Origin: a virus
Taxonomy: Duplodnaviria > Heunggongvirae > Uroviricota > Caudoviricetes
DNA: 8,163 bases
Direction: 5' to 3' (one strand)
Virus record (IMG/VR): IMGVR_UViG_2681813321_000020
Positions 7,517-8,163 of this stretch are shown here, piece after piece. Under the pieces are notes generated by a model. That model saw nothing but the letters and a program-made list of their open reading frames with translations, had not been told where the DNA came from and searched no databases. The position numbers were made by a program, and so were the translations under genes. How positions within the stretch are numbered: position 1 is the first letter of the stretch; each line of letters starts with the position of its first letter.

Positions 7517-7711
7517 TCATCCATCATCACTTTGGATTGATGTATATGCTCTCTTTTCTGACGTTAGTCTCCGACGGCAGGCTTCAATGACCCAGGCTGA
7601 GAAATTCCCAGACCCTTTTTGCTCAAGAGCGATGTTAATTTGTTCAATCATTTGGTTAGGAAAGCGGATGTTGCGGGTTGTTTTTCTGCGGGTTCTGTTC
7701 TTCGTTGACAT
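7517..7711 (-). CDS. ylcI: Small prophage protein, YlcI-like (DUF3950-type), 64 aa
   Basis: Translation MSTKNRTRRKTTRNIRFPNQMIEQINIALEQKGSGNFSAWVIEACRRRL... closely resembles my recollection of DLP12 YlcI, which also lies just upstream of cos and the terminase gene. The Shine-Dalgarno is weak. Confidence 0.5.
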   Translation of the reverse strand: MSTKNRTRRKTTRNIRFPNQMIEQINIALEQKGSGNFSAWVIEACRRRLTSEKRAYTSIQSDDG

Positions 7712-7849
7712 GAGGTTGCCCCGTATTCAGTGTCGCTGATTTGTATTGTCTGAAGTTGTTTTTACGTTAAGTTGATGCAGATCAATTAATACGATACCTG
7801 CGTCATAATTAATTATTTGACGTGGTTTGATGGCGTAGATGCACGTTGT

Positions 7850-7910
7850 GATATGTAGATGATAATTATTATCATTTTGCGGGTCCTTTCCGGCGATCCG
7901 ACAGGTTACG
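7850..7910. other. cosQ-like region and right-end sequence of a lambda-type genome
   Basis: gatatgtagatgataattattatcattttgcgggtcctttccggcgatccgacaggttacg closely resembles the last bases of the lambda genome, which end in ...CCGACAGGTTACG. Confidence 0.7.
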
Positions 7911-7922
7911 GGGCGGCGACCT
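7911..7922. other. cosN: cosN: 12-nt cohesive-end sequence GGGCGGCGACCT, identical to lambda
   Basis: 7911-7955 (gggcggcgacctcgcgggttttcgctatttatgaaaattttccgg) matches the first 45 nt of the lambda genome as recalled. Divergence begins at 7956. Confidence 0.85.
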
Positions 7923-7959
7923 CGCGGGTTTTCGCTATTTATGAAAATTTTCCGGGATC

Positions 7960-8067
7960 CATGTCCGGTTTCTCTGCAAGTTAACTATATGAAAAATATA
8001 AAAACAGGCTGTCCGTGAACCGGACATGTGCAAAAAACGGACATGTAAACCGGACATGACCGGTTTT
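7960..8067. repeat. cosB: cosB-like terminase-binding region: one inverted copy (7960-7970) and three direct copies (8018-8028, 8037-8045, 8048-8058) of a (A)ACCGGACATG motif flanking an AT-rich segment
   Basis: The repeats are visible directly. The architecture (an inverted site next to cosN, an AT-rich putative bend site, then further sites, about 190 nt before the terminase start) parallels lambda cosB R3-I1-R2-R1, but the repeat sequence differs from the lambda R sites. Confidence 0.6.
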
Positions 8068-8105
8068 GTTGTGATTGTGAGGTGAGAGTTTTTGCGAGGT
8101 GAGGA

Positions 8106-8163
8106 GTGGCTACGCAGACTGAAGTTGCCAGGCATTTAAGTCTGACCGATCGCCAGCTTCGCA
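8106..8163 (+). CDS. Probable 5' end of the terminase small-subunit gene (partial, runs off the window)
   Basis: GTG at 8106 preceded by GAGGTG; translation (M)ATQTEVARHLSLTDRQLR looks HTH-like. The position about 195 nt downstream of cosN matches where Nu1 starts in lambda. Only 19 codons are visible. Confidence 0.3.
   Translation, partial: MATQTEVARHLSLTDRQLR

Noticed and set aside
7960-8067. Possibility that the CCGGACATG repeats are a CRISPR array or iterons
   Set aside because: Repeats are only 9-11 bp with irregular 0-8 bp spacing and one inverted copy. Their position between cosN and the terminase start fits cosB terminase-binding sites far better.
7935-8135. 66-aa minus-strand ORF across the cosB repeats and the terminase start
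   Set aside because: It lies over the cos site and repeats, where lambda-type phages have no coding sequence, and is antisense to the probable terminase start.
6689-8163. Search for a novel defence or anti-defence system in the cargo region
   Set aside because: The only genes are a Rha-family regulator and a YlcI-like small protein, both common prophage genes. No nuclease, ATPase, toxin-antitoxin or other defence-like domains are visible.

Overview
This window is the late-region end of a lambdoid (phage 21-like) prophage, interrupted by an IS66-family insertion sequence. I do not see evidence for a novel defence or other undescribed system; the notable content is structural.

Layout:
- 1..1925 and 4764..6688 are two apparently identical copies of one block: the 3' end of a late gene, a hairpin-rich spacer, and a phage 21-type lysis cassette (pinholin S, SAR endolysin R, spanins Rz/Rz1) with its terminator.
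- 1926..4379 is an IS66-family element on the minus strand (tnpA, tnpB, tnpC), sitting between the two copies with no target-site duplication.
- 6689..8163 is unique sequence: a Rha-family regulator gene, a small minus-strand YlcI-like ORF, a lambda-type cos site (cosQ/cosN identical to lambda over about 45 nt, different cosB repeats) and the probable start of a terminase small-subunit gene.

Main points of interest:
- The repeat period is exactly 4763 bp with the IS at the novel joint, which fits an IS-associated tandem duplication or an assembly artefact.
- Both endolysin copies carry the same 1-bp deletion, so R is frameshifted in each.

All family assignments are from reading the translations and recalling known proteins; no database search was run.
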